The notes beneath the pieces are model-generated. The model was not told the origin of the DNA. It searched no databases and worked only from the letters and a program-made list of their open reading frames with translations. From positions 3,906,001-3,970,000 of the forward strand of contig CM022665.1 in assembly GCA_012295275.1 (NCBI GenBank): a DNA stretch of 64,000 bases, written 5' to 3'. Source of the DNA: Chrysomallon squamiferum (lineage: Eukaryota; Animalia; Mollusca). Positions 27,724-43,136 of the stretch are shown piece by piece (within the stretch, counting starts at the first letter, position 1; each line of letters begins with the position of its first letter). The position numbers were made by a program, and so were the translations under genes.

Positions 27724-29597
27724 GCATATATTCTGTCAAGTAACTTATATTGGTTGAGATTGTTGTGTTCTTTTATTTTATTACTGTTTTGGACTGGAAG
27801 CTAGGATTACCTTCTTTTTTTTTCTTTTTTTTTCATGAGACAGATTTATCACCCTGTCCACACACAGACTGAAACTATTAACTGACCAGTGATGTACATT
27901 TTTTTTTTTTTTTTTTTTTTTCTGTTCCAGTATTGCCTTGAAGAAGTCCATTCATCTTTCTTCAGTCTATTAAAACATATGTATTTCCCCTTCAGGTATG
28001 ATTATTTCCTCTCTTCACATTCCTCTGATCTCCCACAGATACATCACAAGCGGGGATCTTGCTGGTCTGTTTTCGTGTTATCTGCTCTTATTACAGAGGT
28101 TTATGGAGTTATCTGTTCGGTTTGTTATAATTATATGCTCCGGATGAAAGATTAACTCTAAGCTTTCTTATGGAGAAGTAGCAGGGAGGTGCAATTGCTT
28201 TTTGATTCTATATTCTCTGCAGAAGTCACTGAGTAGTGGTGTCGTGAGGGAAAAGTAAAGTTATAAGTGTACAAGAAATGTCATTATGATTTTATCTCAC
28301 TGATATGTACATCAATGATGAAAATCATCATAAAATATTCATTGATATTTTATTGTTTTTAATTAATTTTATTAACTTAGATTAATTTTTTTTTTGATGT
28401 TTTTTTCTGTTCAGATAATCATTATTCTGTACTAAATGTCATTATATTTATTTCTCAGTTACTTGTATTATTACAGTAATTTCGGTTTCAGCTCTTTCGG
28501 TGATTTCCGGGCAGTGATAATGGATCATCTCCCTTTTTCTTTTTACTTTCTTTTAAACATACTTTTTATCGTTTTTTTATCTTCTTTCTAAGCATTGGTG
28601 TCCGGTTATCTCGCATTATTACGCTATTATCTAGTATACTAGTTTCGATATGTTCAGTAATCTTTCCCAGATATATCTTCAGCCATTAATCTCTTTCTAT
28701 TGCTCTGTTATCTTGTAGTCTCCTAACGCTGCAACGGGTTGGTTTTCTCCCCTTAATATACTGTCATCCAGTAGTCTCCCTTTAACATTTATTATCTGAT
28801 AATTTTTGTTTATGTCGTCTTTATTTTCTCCCCGTGACATTTAAACCTAAATATATCTCTTCATTGTGTTATTATGTGACACGAATGTAACATAAACATA
28901 TAATCTATTGGAAAGTGCATATTTAAGCTTTATTGTAACCAAAATGTAACGTGTCACTTCTGTTACTTACTTCTGCCGCTTCCACGTCAGTTTTTCCACA
29001 TTACCTCAAATCTGATTTATAACAGCTTCTTTTCCCGTTCATCTTATTTTTTTTTTTTAAATAAAAAAATATAATCATCTGTTCAGTAATGAAAATTAAT
29101 TCGTCAGAAAGCTTTCAGTTTAACACCGTTTTTATGTCATCGGTTGCTGTTAAATTAGAGTGTCGCGTTACCTCATTAAATCATCGTTCCAACACTCTTT
29201 TAAAACAAAATGATTGAGAAAAACGAAAATTAATTAAAACTAACCTCGAGAGCAAGCCCTTGGCGAATTCCCCTGACATATGAATTGGTAATAAACTTAG
29301 CGCTATTGTACTGCCGTTGATTTATCGCTTCCCGTGCTCGGCTTTTATGGCCTCTAACACTCCGATCAGCGTTTCAGGAGTTACCATTCCATTACTTTTG
29401 AAATTACAGGTCCCTGTGGGCAGCCGTGACTGTCACAGATACACCGGCAGGTTCTGCAGACTAAGACTATCTGATGTAGCCTGCCATATTTTGTGTCTGC
29501 TTGTCGAAATTTTTCCACGTACAATATTAGTAGTTAAATCTGATAGAAGGTTAACGTTCCAATGCCTTTAAGCTTTCTTTTGAGAGTGATTTTTTCA

Positions 29598-29633
29598 GTC
29601 TGAGGGAAGATGCATATAAAAGATCCTTTGCTG
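29598..29633 (+). mobile_element. Short SINE body fragment
   Basis: TATAAAAGATCCTTTGCTG (29615-29633) is identical to 27234-27252. Confidence 0.55.
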
Positions 29634-30943
29634 ATGAGATAGAGAGCGGGGGAGGAGAGAAAGAGACAGTCCTCTAAACATAAAGGTATAGGATTACGTT
29701 GACTGATAAACGTAACAGAGAAGACATTGTCTGCAAATTGAGACTGCCGATTTGAAAAAGCTGGAGTACGTGTTATATTTTCAGGCTGACATTCTTAAAT
29801 GATAATGTTAAGAAAAAAAAGAAAACACCTTCTTCATACGACTGCTAACTTTCCCATTAATAAAATTTCTCACAACACAAATCACATGTACATTATTGTG
29901 CAGGCAAACAATACAAATTTCAAAACAGTAGTATGTTTATCATATTTAATCTTATTCCTGATTCTTTTTATAGAGCAACTTAATTTTATTTCGTTGTTTC
30001 AAGTGACGTTAGTTTTATTATCTCGAATTCATGTGCATAATCCAGGAGTCTGGGATGTCTACTCTGTATTTATTTATTAAGTCAGCAACAAAGAGAATGT
30101 TTGTATAATTTTAAGTTCAATGCATATGATTAAACTTTGTGATTTGAACGGTAGCCTAAAACTTCATCTTCTACGACTTCGTTTAACCTTTTCCTGAACT
30201 TCTTCAGCATTCATTCTGATTTGCATCACATTATTATTATTTTTTTTTACCACCTCTAAAAACACCGTTAAAAGGTTTTGCTGTCAATAAATATGCTGAA
30301 ACCCTTTTCCATGCATTGTAATGGTTTCCTCTTTTACCTGGGCTGTGAGTTTCACCTTCAAGGCCATCAGCATTATGTTCCAGGTTACAGTATTCTGGCT
30401 AATGCGGTGAATTACTTGCTCTGGATTCTCCGATGTTCGCTCGAGTTGAATAATAGGAAAATCTCTAAAAGGCTTTACAACTGTAATTTAGGTTTATAGT
30501 CGGATAAGGGTAATTTCCATGATAATTTAATCGGATATAAGGTACTGGTACGGAATCGAGTCATGCTGTAATTATGTAGAAAGGGAGAGTGTTTGCACGA
30601 TTAAAGTTGTTTTCGATGTCAATAATGCTAACAACTGTAGTTAATTCTTTGCCATGCGTGTAATTGTTAAAACAGAGTGCTCATGCAAAAGATGAAGTCT
30701 TTTTAATGTCTTTCGTTGTTTGTTTTTTTATATGTTTTTTGTTTTTGTTCATATATAGATTGATAGCGTGTTGTGTGAATTAACTACAACCCATTTAAAA
30801 ACCAAGAAATTAACAGTAAATATCCTGTTTGTTAGTTTTGAACAATATATTTTGAATTGTTATAACGATGTATTTAAAATAAAAACAAAAAAATTATGTT
30901 TTATAAAGAAGTCTACACTTTATGGGATATATGCTGGCTAAGT

Positions 30944-31067
<124 letters not shown>

Positions 31068-31528
31068 ATTTATCTCTATATCTGTATATCTATCGTCCTT
31101 TTAAACATTTTATTGCTTTAATTATGAGCAGATAAGTTCATCCATGCAAATTAGACTTCCACATTTTTATTCTTCTTGACGATCGCTATTTAAAACGCGG
31201 TCCTGCGGTGTTCACTGTCAGACAAACTGTCTCGTTAAAGGATTTCTTTCCCCTAACCTTTCAGTCTAAGTATTGATGTTATTGACTAATATCAATGAAT
31301 GCCAGTAATTAGCCTCCATACGACAGTATCAGAACACAAGATAATTTTTAACTTATTATTCAGTCTTAATGACGGCTTTGTCGGTCTCAGAAAATGCTTT
31401 CATTTGCTAAGGAAATAATAATCAAAGTCTTTAAGAGCAGAAAGAAGAATAATTTTCAATATACGTGACCTCATTTCCTATGCTTTACTTACGTGCGCTC
31501 GACTGATAAAGTCACTCTAGTCGACACC

Positions 31529-31589
<61 letters not shown>

Positions 31590-33931
31590 GTAATAATAAT
31601 AATAGTAATAGTAATAAGAAGAAGAAGTAGAAGAAGAAGAAATTATGATGATGATGATTTGTTTTTTATTTACTGTTTTATCTCGCTGTACAGGTTCACA
31701 AAACAGAATTATAGTTCAGACTAAACCAGTACTTCTGCTCTTATTACAGAAGTCATTTTAAACAAAGCTCTTTCATCTCTTTAGTTTATGTGAACAACAA
31801 CAACAGCAGCTGTAAAACTATTTCAGTGTCCTTAACCCTCAAGCCTTTATCATTTCACTCAGCTGCGGTTCAGTTTTCTTATGTGTATCGGTAATTTTCG
31901 AATTACTCTTGTCTGTGGTTTTGTTCGCCTTAAAATAATTTCATTCACCTTGGGTAAACCATTCACCTATTTATGAAGTGGTGCTCATCATAAACTAATC
32001 AAAAACTGAAGGTGACTAGTTTGGTTTCCATATTTCGATTACGTATGTAAAAAATATTTGTCAGAACACATGAAATAACTGACAGCAGAAACTTCTGTCT
32101 TTATTACACAAATATTAATAAATAAAACTGCGTTTCGCCATTTCGTGTCTTAAACATAATTATTTTTCTAATAGGAAAATAACCATAGGCGGTTCCAATA
32201 CTTTTTTTTTTCTATTTTTATTAATTTTAATTTATTTATTTATTTATTTTATGTTGTGAAACTCGTTTAATTATTTTAAAAAACAACAATAAAGAAAGAA
32301 AGAAAGAACAAAAACAAAAAACAGAAAGAAAAGAAAGACTGATGAAAACATAATAACAGTATGCGCACTTTTACCGCCCACACACACAGACACTGGACCT
32401 CCGCAAGGAAATCATTTTAATCACGTGAACAACGACAGCGAGAGGAAAAAAAAAAAAAAAAAAAAAAAATTAGAAGAAGAACAAGTATATATTGACCTAT
32501 TTACAAAACGTATACCACAAGGAAAATACACCAGTTAAGTCACGAACGTGTATTCGCCAAGGCAACAGAAATTTAATAAAATGGTGGTCGTAAATGTTAA
32601 ACTTGGGGTGAGTTTAAACACATTATTCTTCTTCCGTCGCGGAAAACGAAAGGCGTTCTGCTCTTTTGAGACTCTCGGGGGCCACGGGGTTAATCAGCCA
32701 TGATGGAACCATTAGATTATTTCCCATTACAGCCTGAGCTCCATGAATAATTTAGCGAAAAACGCCACATATTTCCAGGGAAATTTAAAAGCAGATATCT
32801 TGAGTTAATCGATCAGGATGATCGAGTCATGTTGGCGACTTTCTTGTCCGTGCGTGCTAATGTGGACACGCGTCTGTTTGCCTTGCCGCGTGCAGCACGT
32901 GGTAAAACAGTGTACGATTAAAATAACAGACGAAACTTGCCTCACAACCTCCGAGTTTGAGGATTTTTCTGATTCCAGTTGTTGATTTCAGATGAGTTAA
33001 AATGGTGTGTCTCCGTTTAAGGGATTTCGACTGTTTTCGAGTAGCAGTGACCAATTAATGTTTTTTTTTCTTTACCTCATTTAATTAGTTGTAATTTTTT
33101 ATTTATTTATTTTTGTTTTTGTTTTTAAGTTTGTTCAGCCCTTGAAAAGAATTAATAACTCTCCGAGTATTAGGAAATCCATAAATTATACTCATCTTTC
33201 AGATTAAGAATTTCCTTTAAATAATTTAAGCAACATTTTTAATCTGACCAAGGATTTGTTATTTTTAAGTACATTTTTCGATTCCGTCTGAAATTACTTT
33301 TTTTTTTTTTTTTATTTTTTATTTTTTTTTCAAAATTCTTTGTCACTCTATTTTTATCTAAACCGTGAAAGAAAAACACGGGTTTAAATGCCAACAACAA
33401 AATCATCAAATACTGTCTCAAAACAAGTGAAATCCATTTATAAATTTAAAATAATAACTAAAACTGTCACGTACTGCAGTAGAAAACGAAAGCAAATTAG
33501 AGATGAAAATGCAATAATGCTGTTAGTTTAATAGCGACACAAAACCATCTGAGCTTTGAAAATCTCAACGTCTTTCGTATCACGTTCTATTCGATCCCCA
33601 GGGACAATTTCCAATAACGAAATTCTTATGCTATTAGTTAATTTTGTTCTTAGTTTTCACAAGACAGAAAAACTAATAAGTTAATGCTGGTTATGAGATT
33701 AATGTACTATATCAAGGTCAAAATGGAAACAGAAAGAGAAAAAGAAAAAAATCAATGTTTGCGACTGAAGTGCATCAGCAATTTACTCGTTGAGGATTTA
33801 ATTGCGTCTTTCTAAATTTGTTCTGTAATAATTAATTTTTTATAATTTACATCAAGTACTAATTTTCTTACATAAATAGAAACAGAATATTAAAAAAGAG
33901 AACTAGAAGACAAAAACAAAATCTGATGTAC

Positions 33932-33990
<59 letters not shown>

Positions 33991-35073
33991 TTTTATAAGG
34001 ATTTAATTTTTTATTTACAAAAATATATGTAGAAACGCTTATATTATTATTATAAAAAGTAAATATATTGACAATTAAATAAAAATTGTGGATTCTATTT
34101 CAAGAAAGAACTAGAGCAAAAATACGATTTAAAAACTATAACATGATCTGTTGTGAAATGAACTTTACAGACACGTAATTTATGACTACGGTTTCACTTC
34201 TGAAAACACATTTATGTTAGACAAATACTTTATTTCTCTAGAAACAATTTTGTCTACGTGGACATTACATTCCATTAGTCCAAAATTTACTAATTTACTA
34301 AGTAGTTCCGTGAATGAAATTTCATCCGTATGTTTTTTTATCCTGTATTTCTCAGACTATATAAAACATTCTGTTTATTTCTGAAATTCTAGTAGGAGAT
34401 ACGGTTTTAAATATCTTTGTTTGAAAAGAAACAAAATAATAATAATAATAACAAAATAAAAGGATTTTATTAAAATAGTAAAACCATCAGAACAAACGGA
34501 TTTCTGTTGTTTTTCTCTTTTAAATAATAAAATATGTAACAGGAATTTACATCATATCATATTAAATCATAAAATTATAACTACTTTATACGAATTAGTT
34601 TAACTGATAATAGAGATAATTAATTTTATATGACAAAACAACTTATTAAATCTACTTATATAAGTATCATTTGTTAAAATACGTAACTGTAATTTAAATT
34701 AGTTTGTATCAATAACTATATAATAGTACTTAGTGTCTTTTTAAAAAAATATACATAACATTACGTCATAAAGATATACAACTGTAATATATATATAATT
34801 TTAAAGAGTAGAAGTACATAACGGTAATTAATATTATTTTAAACAATGAAAGCATGTAACAGTAATTTGTATCGGATTAAATGGTAAAGTTTATAACAAG
34901 TAATTTTAAACAAAGTTCTTTTATCTCTTCAGCCCATGTGGGCAACAACAATAGCTATAAAATGTCTGCCACAAAAGAGCTTAATCATGATTACATTTCT
35001 ATGAACAACAAAGACAAACATTTACCCGTGACCGTTTTCGTGGTCGTGTGGTCATTATAGCTAGTCAGCACCT

Positions 35074-35210
35074 ACCTAGATTGTTCTAATTGTCCTTTTT
35101 GTAATTAGAAATCGACAACATTTACCTTGATTGTTTTTTTTAATCTTCCTATGATAATTAGAAATTGACAACATTTACCTTGATTGTTCTAATTGCCCTG
35201 TGGTAATTGA
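35074..35210. repeat. 50-53-bp tandem repeat, ~2.7 copies
   Basis: ACCTWGATTGTT at 35074, 35124 and 35177; TAATTAGAAATYGACAACATTTACCTTGATTG is duplicated. Confidence 0.85.
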
Positions 35211-37022
35211 AGGCAGACAGTAAACATACACAATTTGTATGTCGCTATTAATACATTATGTACGTTTGGTTCGAACTGCCGATAATTATCTTTACCATTG
35301 CAATTATCTAACAAAGTGCGAGCTCATTAGTTGTGTTGGAAATTCTCCACCTTTGTCGATAATGGAAGCATTACGGTTCAGAGCTCGTTTCTTTCTTTTT
35401 AGCAGCCACTTTGGCCACTGTACGATTTATAAGCAGTGTTGACATCATTGGAGTCGTATAATATACAAAAGCGGTATACACTGCGTGTTTATTTGTTTCT
35501 CAGAAAAGGGAAATGAGACAAATTAGTCTCTGGAACTGATTCAGAGCTCATTAATAATTTTATAAAACCCTTAGGATGTATACACACACATTCGAAGAAT
35601 CACGAAAAAATATATTAAAAAACAAATATATATAGTACCTTATTATTATTAGTTTGCATGCACTGATTAACATGTATCGAAATCTTTAGTCATATATATA
35701 TATATATATATATAATGAATATTAATATCTACATTAGTTTTTCAAATCTTATCAGACCATTATTAAAATACAGAATACAGAAGGCAGCATTCGAAAAGCA
35801 TTTGGTTGTATGTGATTTACAAATATTGAATCTGTCAACTTTAATTTAGTCCAGTTCTGAAATTAATTTTCTACAGTCTTCGATCTGCCGTCATTTCTCA
35901 GTTTTCGGTTCTTTCTGTCAAATCGATAGAGCCCACGTCCATGATTTATGTAGATCAGTGGAATGAAAAATCTGTACATACCTACATACTTATCTACCTA
36001 CCTACAAACACAGTTTCATCTACGTACGAGGATAACAAATGCATACACAGAAACACGCACCCACAGAGTTTCGAATTTTGAATGCGACAGACATATATTA
36101 ATGAAATCTTAGTTTTAACATCTCACATAATGCTGAAATTATAATTACACTAACCTATAAGAATAAAAGGTGAAACGTTTTCAATTATATTTATTTTTAT
36201 TTTATTTTTTCTATTATTATTGTTACTGTTGTTATTGTTGTTGTTGTTGTTATTATTATTATTATTATTATTAGTTATGGAATCATGTAGTTTACGTCAG
36301 AGATAATCTGCTGTCTGCAAGATGAAAAAACAACACAGGAACAGAAGTGAGAGAATATTCTCGTTCTGCACCACTCCTCGCCTCAGTTTCTCATTCAAGC
36401 AAGCACTAAACACCTCGTCCCAGAAGGCTAATAAAATGTTAATAGAATGTTAATGGCAATGGCTGACAAGCTCGTACTTCAGTCTAAGTATTCGTGTCGT
36501 CTGCTGGTCCTACAAGAGTTGTGTCCCTTCCTGTCACAACGTCAAAGATTAAAAAAGAAAGAAAGAAGGAAAGAAAGAAAGACTAAATCAAATAAATAAA
36601 TAAATAAATAAAAATAAAGATAATTTTTAACTGTTATAATGGTGATATGATGATTACGATAACTTAGAATGAAATATGTAATTGTAAAATAATAAGCATA
36701 TATGTATGTTTATCTCGGAAAGAATATTTGCTTCATTTAATGTATACATTGTATCATTATTAGGTTATAGTGGTATGTACGAATATATATATTTTTTTTT
36801 ATAAGTTAGCATCTGTTGGAAATATAACCTAATGAATTAATTAATATGTGCATATAAATATTTGTTTAACGAAACATTATCGCATCTTTTAATGTTAATC
36901 GTTATTACGTGTCAAATGGTTTATATTTAATTATGTTTGATGCTATGTAAGAAATTTTTTTTTTTTTTTTTTTTTTTTTCCTTCGTCTTTTTTATATATA
37001 TATATATATATATACATAATTC

Positions 37023-37058
<36 letters not shown>

Positions 37059-38070
37059 CCGAAACAGGTAAAAGATCACGTAAAAATAAACATAAAACCA
37101 TAAGAATGAAAGCAAGAATGAAGAAAGAAAGAAAGAAAGAACGAAATAGAGAAAGGAAAAGGAGAAAATGTAGCCACTATGTTAAATCTGTCATCTTGGA
37201 ACTAGGTTATATTTTAACTGTCAGTATAATTAGCTGTTTGCTCAGCTTTCAGTATATAAATGAAAGAACAGGTGAAAAAGTTAAGACGTATTCTCGGCAG
37301 TGGGTCTCTGCTGTGGTAGAGATTACTAATACTACAACGCGCCAATCAAGTAATGGCAGTCGGCAAACCGAATGACGATGTAATCATTAGCTATTTTCAG
37401 ATGTTTGAGGTACGTTTAATATTACACAACAAACAATACGACGAAGAAAGATGCGCCAGCTACGTTGGCGTCAGTGATTTTTATTGATGATGAGTAAATA
37501 AACATAAAAATCATCGCTGGATAACCGGATATGACATCAAGATGTTCGTTAATGTATTTTAGGTACATCGATGTGAAAATAAGAAAAAAGATGGTTGATG
37601 GATGTAAACGTGCTGAAAGAAAGAACAATAATGAAAACAATGTATTTTTTTTTCTTTAATCCTTTTTATAAACATATTCATCATAATTTGTTATACACCT
37701 AATTAATACAGATATATTGCGTATCTCATCGACATTGTTGCAATAATGGTTAACAATAAAATAATAATTAATTAATTAATAATTAATACATATATGCACA
37801 CACATAATAATAATAAAATAAATTACTTCTCGGGAAATTAAAAAGTATAATGAATATTATTTCTACTTACGACATATTTAAATTATTCTGACAAACAAAT
37901 TATTTACAGGATATGAGAAACACATTTTGCAATAACGGAACCTTCCCTCAGTTGTTTTTCCTAGAACCAAAATAGTTGGCTAAATATACCATCAGTAAAT
38001 CGTTGTCAGAACAACAACAAAAAAAAAAATCCGTATCTCTCTTACTTCTCAGTGACACTTGACTTTTCAG

Positions 38071-38130
<60 letters not shown>

Positions 38131-38499
38131 GATGGATGGATGGATGGATGTCTGTCTGTATGTATGTATGATGTATGTAATCTTTTTTCTCTGTCGTTGT
38201 TTACCAATTGTACTGTTAATATTATTTACTGTGGTGGAATAAATACATTCTTACATGCATTTAAGTAATAGCACTATTAATTATTAATCTGCGATATCAA
38301 ATTTTCTAGAAATCCAAAACTTACTTTCACAGGCTTAATTATTTATTCCAAATAAAAAACTCTTTTTTTTTTTTTTTTTAAAATGAATAAATGAATATCT
38401 TGTTAAAGACAGTTCATCGCGTTTTATTACTGACGGTTATTAGATGTTAAATATATTTCATTTTTATTTTTCTGCTCACATAAAAGACGCAAACAGATG

Positions 38500-38683
38500 C
38501 CACCAGTCCATAGGTTACTCTTAACAGTGAGCTGCAAGAGTTCTTTTACAAGTACCTTTTCAAGTCAAAAAATATTAAGATACTGTTGACTTTTAGAAAC
38601 GTGGGGCTTTGGCTGGAACGGGAAATATCTTAGATCCGTACTAGTTATCTGTGCCTCGAATACGTGCTCTAACCACTGAACTA
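38500..38683 (-). mobile_element. Degraded tRNA-derived SINE
   Basis: Minus strand begins TAGTTCAGTGGTTAGAGCAC (Pol III A-box/tRNA-like head); body ATAGGTTACTCTT...GCAAGAGTTCTTTTA resembles 17757-17795. Confidence 0.65.
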
Positions 38684-39126
38684 ATTTCGGCAAATTACTG
38701 TTGATGAAACTGTTGACATTTGCTTTATGACAGTTTAAATAGGTTAATGTAAACTGACTCGTCTGACGTGAGGATTACACACCGTGTAGATACGTCAGTT
38801 ACAGTTCTGACAGATGAAAAATAAAATGGTTTCCAGCTACAACGTTTTTTAGTTATTTGCTCATTCCGTAACCTTGTTAGGTAAAGATCGTGAGCGACAT
38901 TTCAAGAGTTTTCAGAAAGAAAATAATTATAAATATATAAACTCGCGCGCGAACACACACACACACCTACACACACGCACATATTTAATAAAAACAGAAC
39001 AAATAAAGTATCGAGTGCATATAGCTATGCAAATGGTTATAAATTAATTTTGTTCACATTGAAAAACAAATAGATTTAAAAAGAACAATAACAATAATAA
39101 TAGTAAAAGTAATAGGTTTTGTTTGG

Positions 39127-39159
<33 letters not shown>

Positions 39160-42050
39160 GTGTGTGTGTGCTTTTGTGTGCCAAAATAAAGTATTATAGC
39201 CCAACACCATTATATTTGCGTATTTTCGTAACATTAACAAAATAACTACAAAAAAATTAATTAAAACAGACTTCGGCTCTGCTATCTTATTACTTATTTT
39301 AAAAGGCTGTGACCTCTGCGGTCATGCTGAGTACACAAGTAAATAAAGTTTCATTGTTGTGTACCTAGAAACACGGTGGAGGTCTCCGTTAACCGGGATT
39401 ACCTTAAATCTCGATGGTTTATTTTACATAACCTTTTAAACATATTCATTGTAAGATTTATACTGAACTTATCACCTTTTGATAACAATTTAATATCTGC
39501 TTTGCAGAAGCAAACATGTGTAAAAAGTATTTTTTTTTTTTATTTTTATTTTTATTTATTTATTTGAATAGCAAGCATAATATGTTTGTTCTTTTGACAC
39601 TAGGTTATCGAAATACTTTGGTTTATCCATTTATACAAGATGCCGGAATCATAATTAATACTGGCACATGGCAGAATAGTGTAACGAGTAATTTATAGTG
39701 TAATAATAACGATGTGAAAACGGTCATACACTTTCTTTCTTCCATTACATTTAAGTAACATTATCACCTTCGTATACTGCCAAACCAATATCGGTGTGCC
39801 GATACTGAAACGTACTTAAAACATCAGTAATTAAAACAAGTTTCAGATGTTTCAGGTGAGTGGTATAATATCATATAAAACTGACCTCTTTAGTAAAACG
39901 TGAACAGATATCAAACATAAAACACAAATAAAATAATTAATAGTAATATTAGGATATTCGTTATAATAAGCTCCCATTTTCATAATGTATTGTTTTTAGT
40001 TCTTAGTTTTATTTGTTAACTATTATTATTATTTTTGAAAATATATTTTCGTATGTGCAGGCTGTAGTGAAAAGTTTGGATTCATGTCTAGCAGGATTAG
40101 TTCTCATTAGGGAATTTGATAGATTGTGGTGTGTGCTTTGCGATCTGTGGGAAGGTACTCTTAGAAATAATCCTTTGCTATAGTCAGAAAGATTGGGGGC
40201 AGTAGCGGATTTGCTCTCTCGGATATTATTACACAAAACCACATGTTTGACCCGTATGAACTGGTACTGCTGAAACGCTGTAGGATGTCAAACAAATATT
40301 ATTCATTCTTTCGTCGTTCTCGTTTCTTCTTTTTTTTTTCTTCTTCTTCTTCTTCTTCTTCTTCTTCTTCTTCTTCTTCTTCTTCTTCCTCTCTTCTTCT
40401 TCTTCTTCTTCTTATTATTATTACTACTACTACTACTATTATTATTATTATTTATAGAGTAGTAGTAGTAATTTTAGTATTAATAGACGTAATAAAAGTA
40501 GGAGAAGAAGAAGAAGAAGTAATAGAAATATGACGGTTGTGTTTTTGTTGTATGGTGATTCTGCTGCTGTTGTTATTGTTTACTTTCATCATTCACAATC
40601 ATATTATTTACATATTTCTATGTTGCTATTATCGTGGCTGGCCTTTTTTATTTATTGCCTTTCACAATGATATTTCAACGGTCACTTGATATACATGCTT
40701 CTTGTTCACTAATGAATTAAAGATGGAAACGGACGAAGATATTCAAGCTGCCTATGGGTTCTGTTGTAACAGTAAATCCACTCGTACACCGTGTAAGAAT
40801 GTAGAGAACTGTTCTGTTCGGCTGAACCGCCACAAAATGCCAGCTGTCGGTTGTTCTCGTGAACGTCTTGATAAAAGTATTATTGGTCTCGCTACATTAA
40901 ATACAGATGTTCATCTTCTTTTATCGGAATGCACGCTGATAAGGTGTTATCTTGCTTGCTAACTTGTCTGTGAGTGTGGAGTCGGGTTACGTTCAGTAAG
41001 GAAAAGAAACACTATGAGCGATTTTACTTCTGCTGAAAATCTTTCTTTCTGAAATGTCACTCGTTTATCGGTTTCCATGACAATTCTCAGCCATGTTTGT
41101 CCACGCCTGTACATCCAGGTAAGCCTAGAGGTGCAACTGTCCGAAAACGAATTCACTAGGGTCGTGCATGCGTATTTGCATTTCAAAATAAATAAATAAT
41201 GATAAAGAAGTAAATAAATAAATGGCCAACTTATAGTCCTGCCATGTTTTACTCTCAGACAGTATCATCAAGTTGTTTTCATGTGACCTTCACTCGAGGT
41301 CATAACTTCACCAAAAAAATGCTTTCCATGTGATAAAGCAACATGGAAAGAGTTCATTATCTTGGAGAAATTTTAATTATTTTTATTTTTGTTTTGTTTT
41401 GTTTTGTTACTTGCATTTACCATTGGTAATTAGCTAATACTGTACTAATAACTATTAAATATCCAAGATGTAGTATCATCAGAACCAATATTCCTTTCTC
41501 TTTCTTTTCCTTTCACGTTGACCCAGACCCTCAGCATGCGTGTTTTCATATCCGCGCCGAAGTGAATAATTGCTAGTTAAATAAACACCAGAAGATAGAT
41601 ATTTTCGCTTTGTCTTCTATCTACCATCTATATCTTTCGACTCATTAAGCAGGTACCATCATGGCATGAGAGTTTGGCGTGCGCGCGCATTACTTCTAGA
41701 CTATTTCTTAATGGACCAAATACTGAACAAACGGAAGCGCCAGAGTGTATGGAGCCGAGTGACGTAATCTAATTATAATAATTTATGACACATAGCTGTT
41801 TTGAGTTTTGTTGCCCTGCACGAACTTAATTAAGAGAATTGGTGTACGGCTTCAGTTTTTGTAAAGTTATACCAGTACGTTTGGGAAGTTAAAAATAATG
41901 ATTTTGATGCCTACTTTCTGTGTTATTTTATTTCAAAAGGAGAAAAACAGTAGGGCAAGCTGTTAAATGTTACAAGTAAGGTTCTGTAAATAAATAAATT
42001 GAAATTATAAGAGTTATCTTCTGGCTGAGACTCCAAAATATATATCATTT

Positions 42051-42064
42051 ATTATTATTATTAC

Positions 42065-42122
<58 letters not shown>
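42051..42122. repeat. (ATT)n microsatellite
   Basis: Direct observation. Confidence 0.97.
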
Positions 42123-43099
42123 GTCGTTGTTATTGTTGTTGTTGTTTTATAAAAAATGTATGACAAAGTACAACTCTGTGAATAGGACTAAGAAAATCTT
42201 CAGGAAATACTACAAAAAAAAATTATGTATGCTATGAAAAATAAGTGATTAGAGTGAAACTGCACAAGAAAATTAAATAATCATTAAATAACATTTAAAT
42301 TATTATTCCTGTTGTCGACATCATCGTCATTATTATCATTTATTTCTAGATGCTATAACAGAACCTGCAAACCATTTCTCGATTCGTACTAATTTCTTCA
42401 GTCCGGTGCACAAGCCAACAAAGAATGTGTCGGCAAATAGTAGATTATATCTCAAACGTACGTAATATCGTATTACACAGTTCTCGCATAAAACTACACG
42501 AGGCTTGGCCGACTAGCATTATCGAAAAGCAATCACGCGGTGCATGAGATAACCGTATCGATTTCGGAAAGACCAGGCAAACACTACTTCGCCGACAATG
42601 TGCACACCGGGTACGGGATCAATGTCCGACCGACCTCTTCAAATGTCACACTTCCCGCACGCCATCTTGCATGTGTAGTCACCATTGCCTTTGCAGTCTC
42701 GGCAGACGATACTTAAAACCTTACCGAGTTTGAGGACATTCAGGATTTAGCAAATGAGGTCAACAGGTCCAGACATGCTTGTTGCTGGTTCTAATTCGTT
42801 TTGGTCCTAATAAATGAACCTCGTATCCCGTTGATATGTCGCACCTCTTTGCTTCACCTACTCGACCAATACCGTCACGCTCAGTTTGGCTTTCTTGTCT
42901 GGCACGATGGCCACCGAAAGAGACCAGACACGCTTGATTAAGTTCGATATGCGGTATCGTTATCATCTAACCTTGTTTTGAGTCAGAGAGTTCCCTGTAA
43001 TTTTACATTGTGTCTAGAAAACGCATGGGCGTTTTTTTTGTTTTTTTTTTTTTTTTTCTAATACGAGTACCAAATGAAGACGTTTTAAACGTTCATGGG

Positions 43100-43136
<37 letters not shown>

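Noticed and set aside
38661-38683. tRNA gene
   Set aside because: Only an A-box-like head with no cloverleaf or intact B-box; it continues into SINE body sequence.
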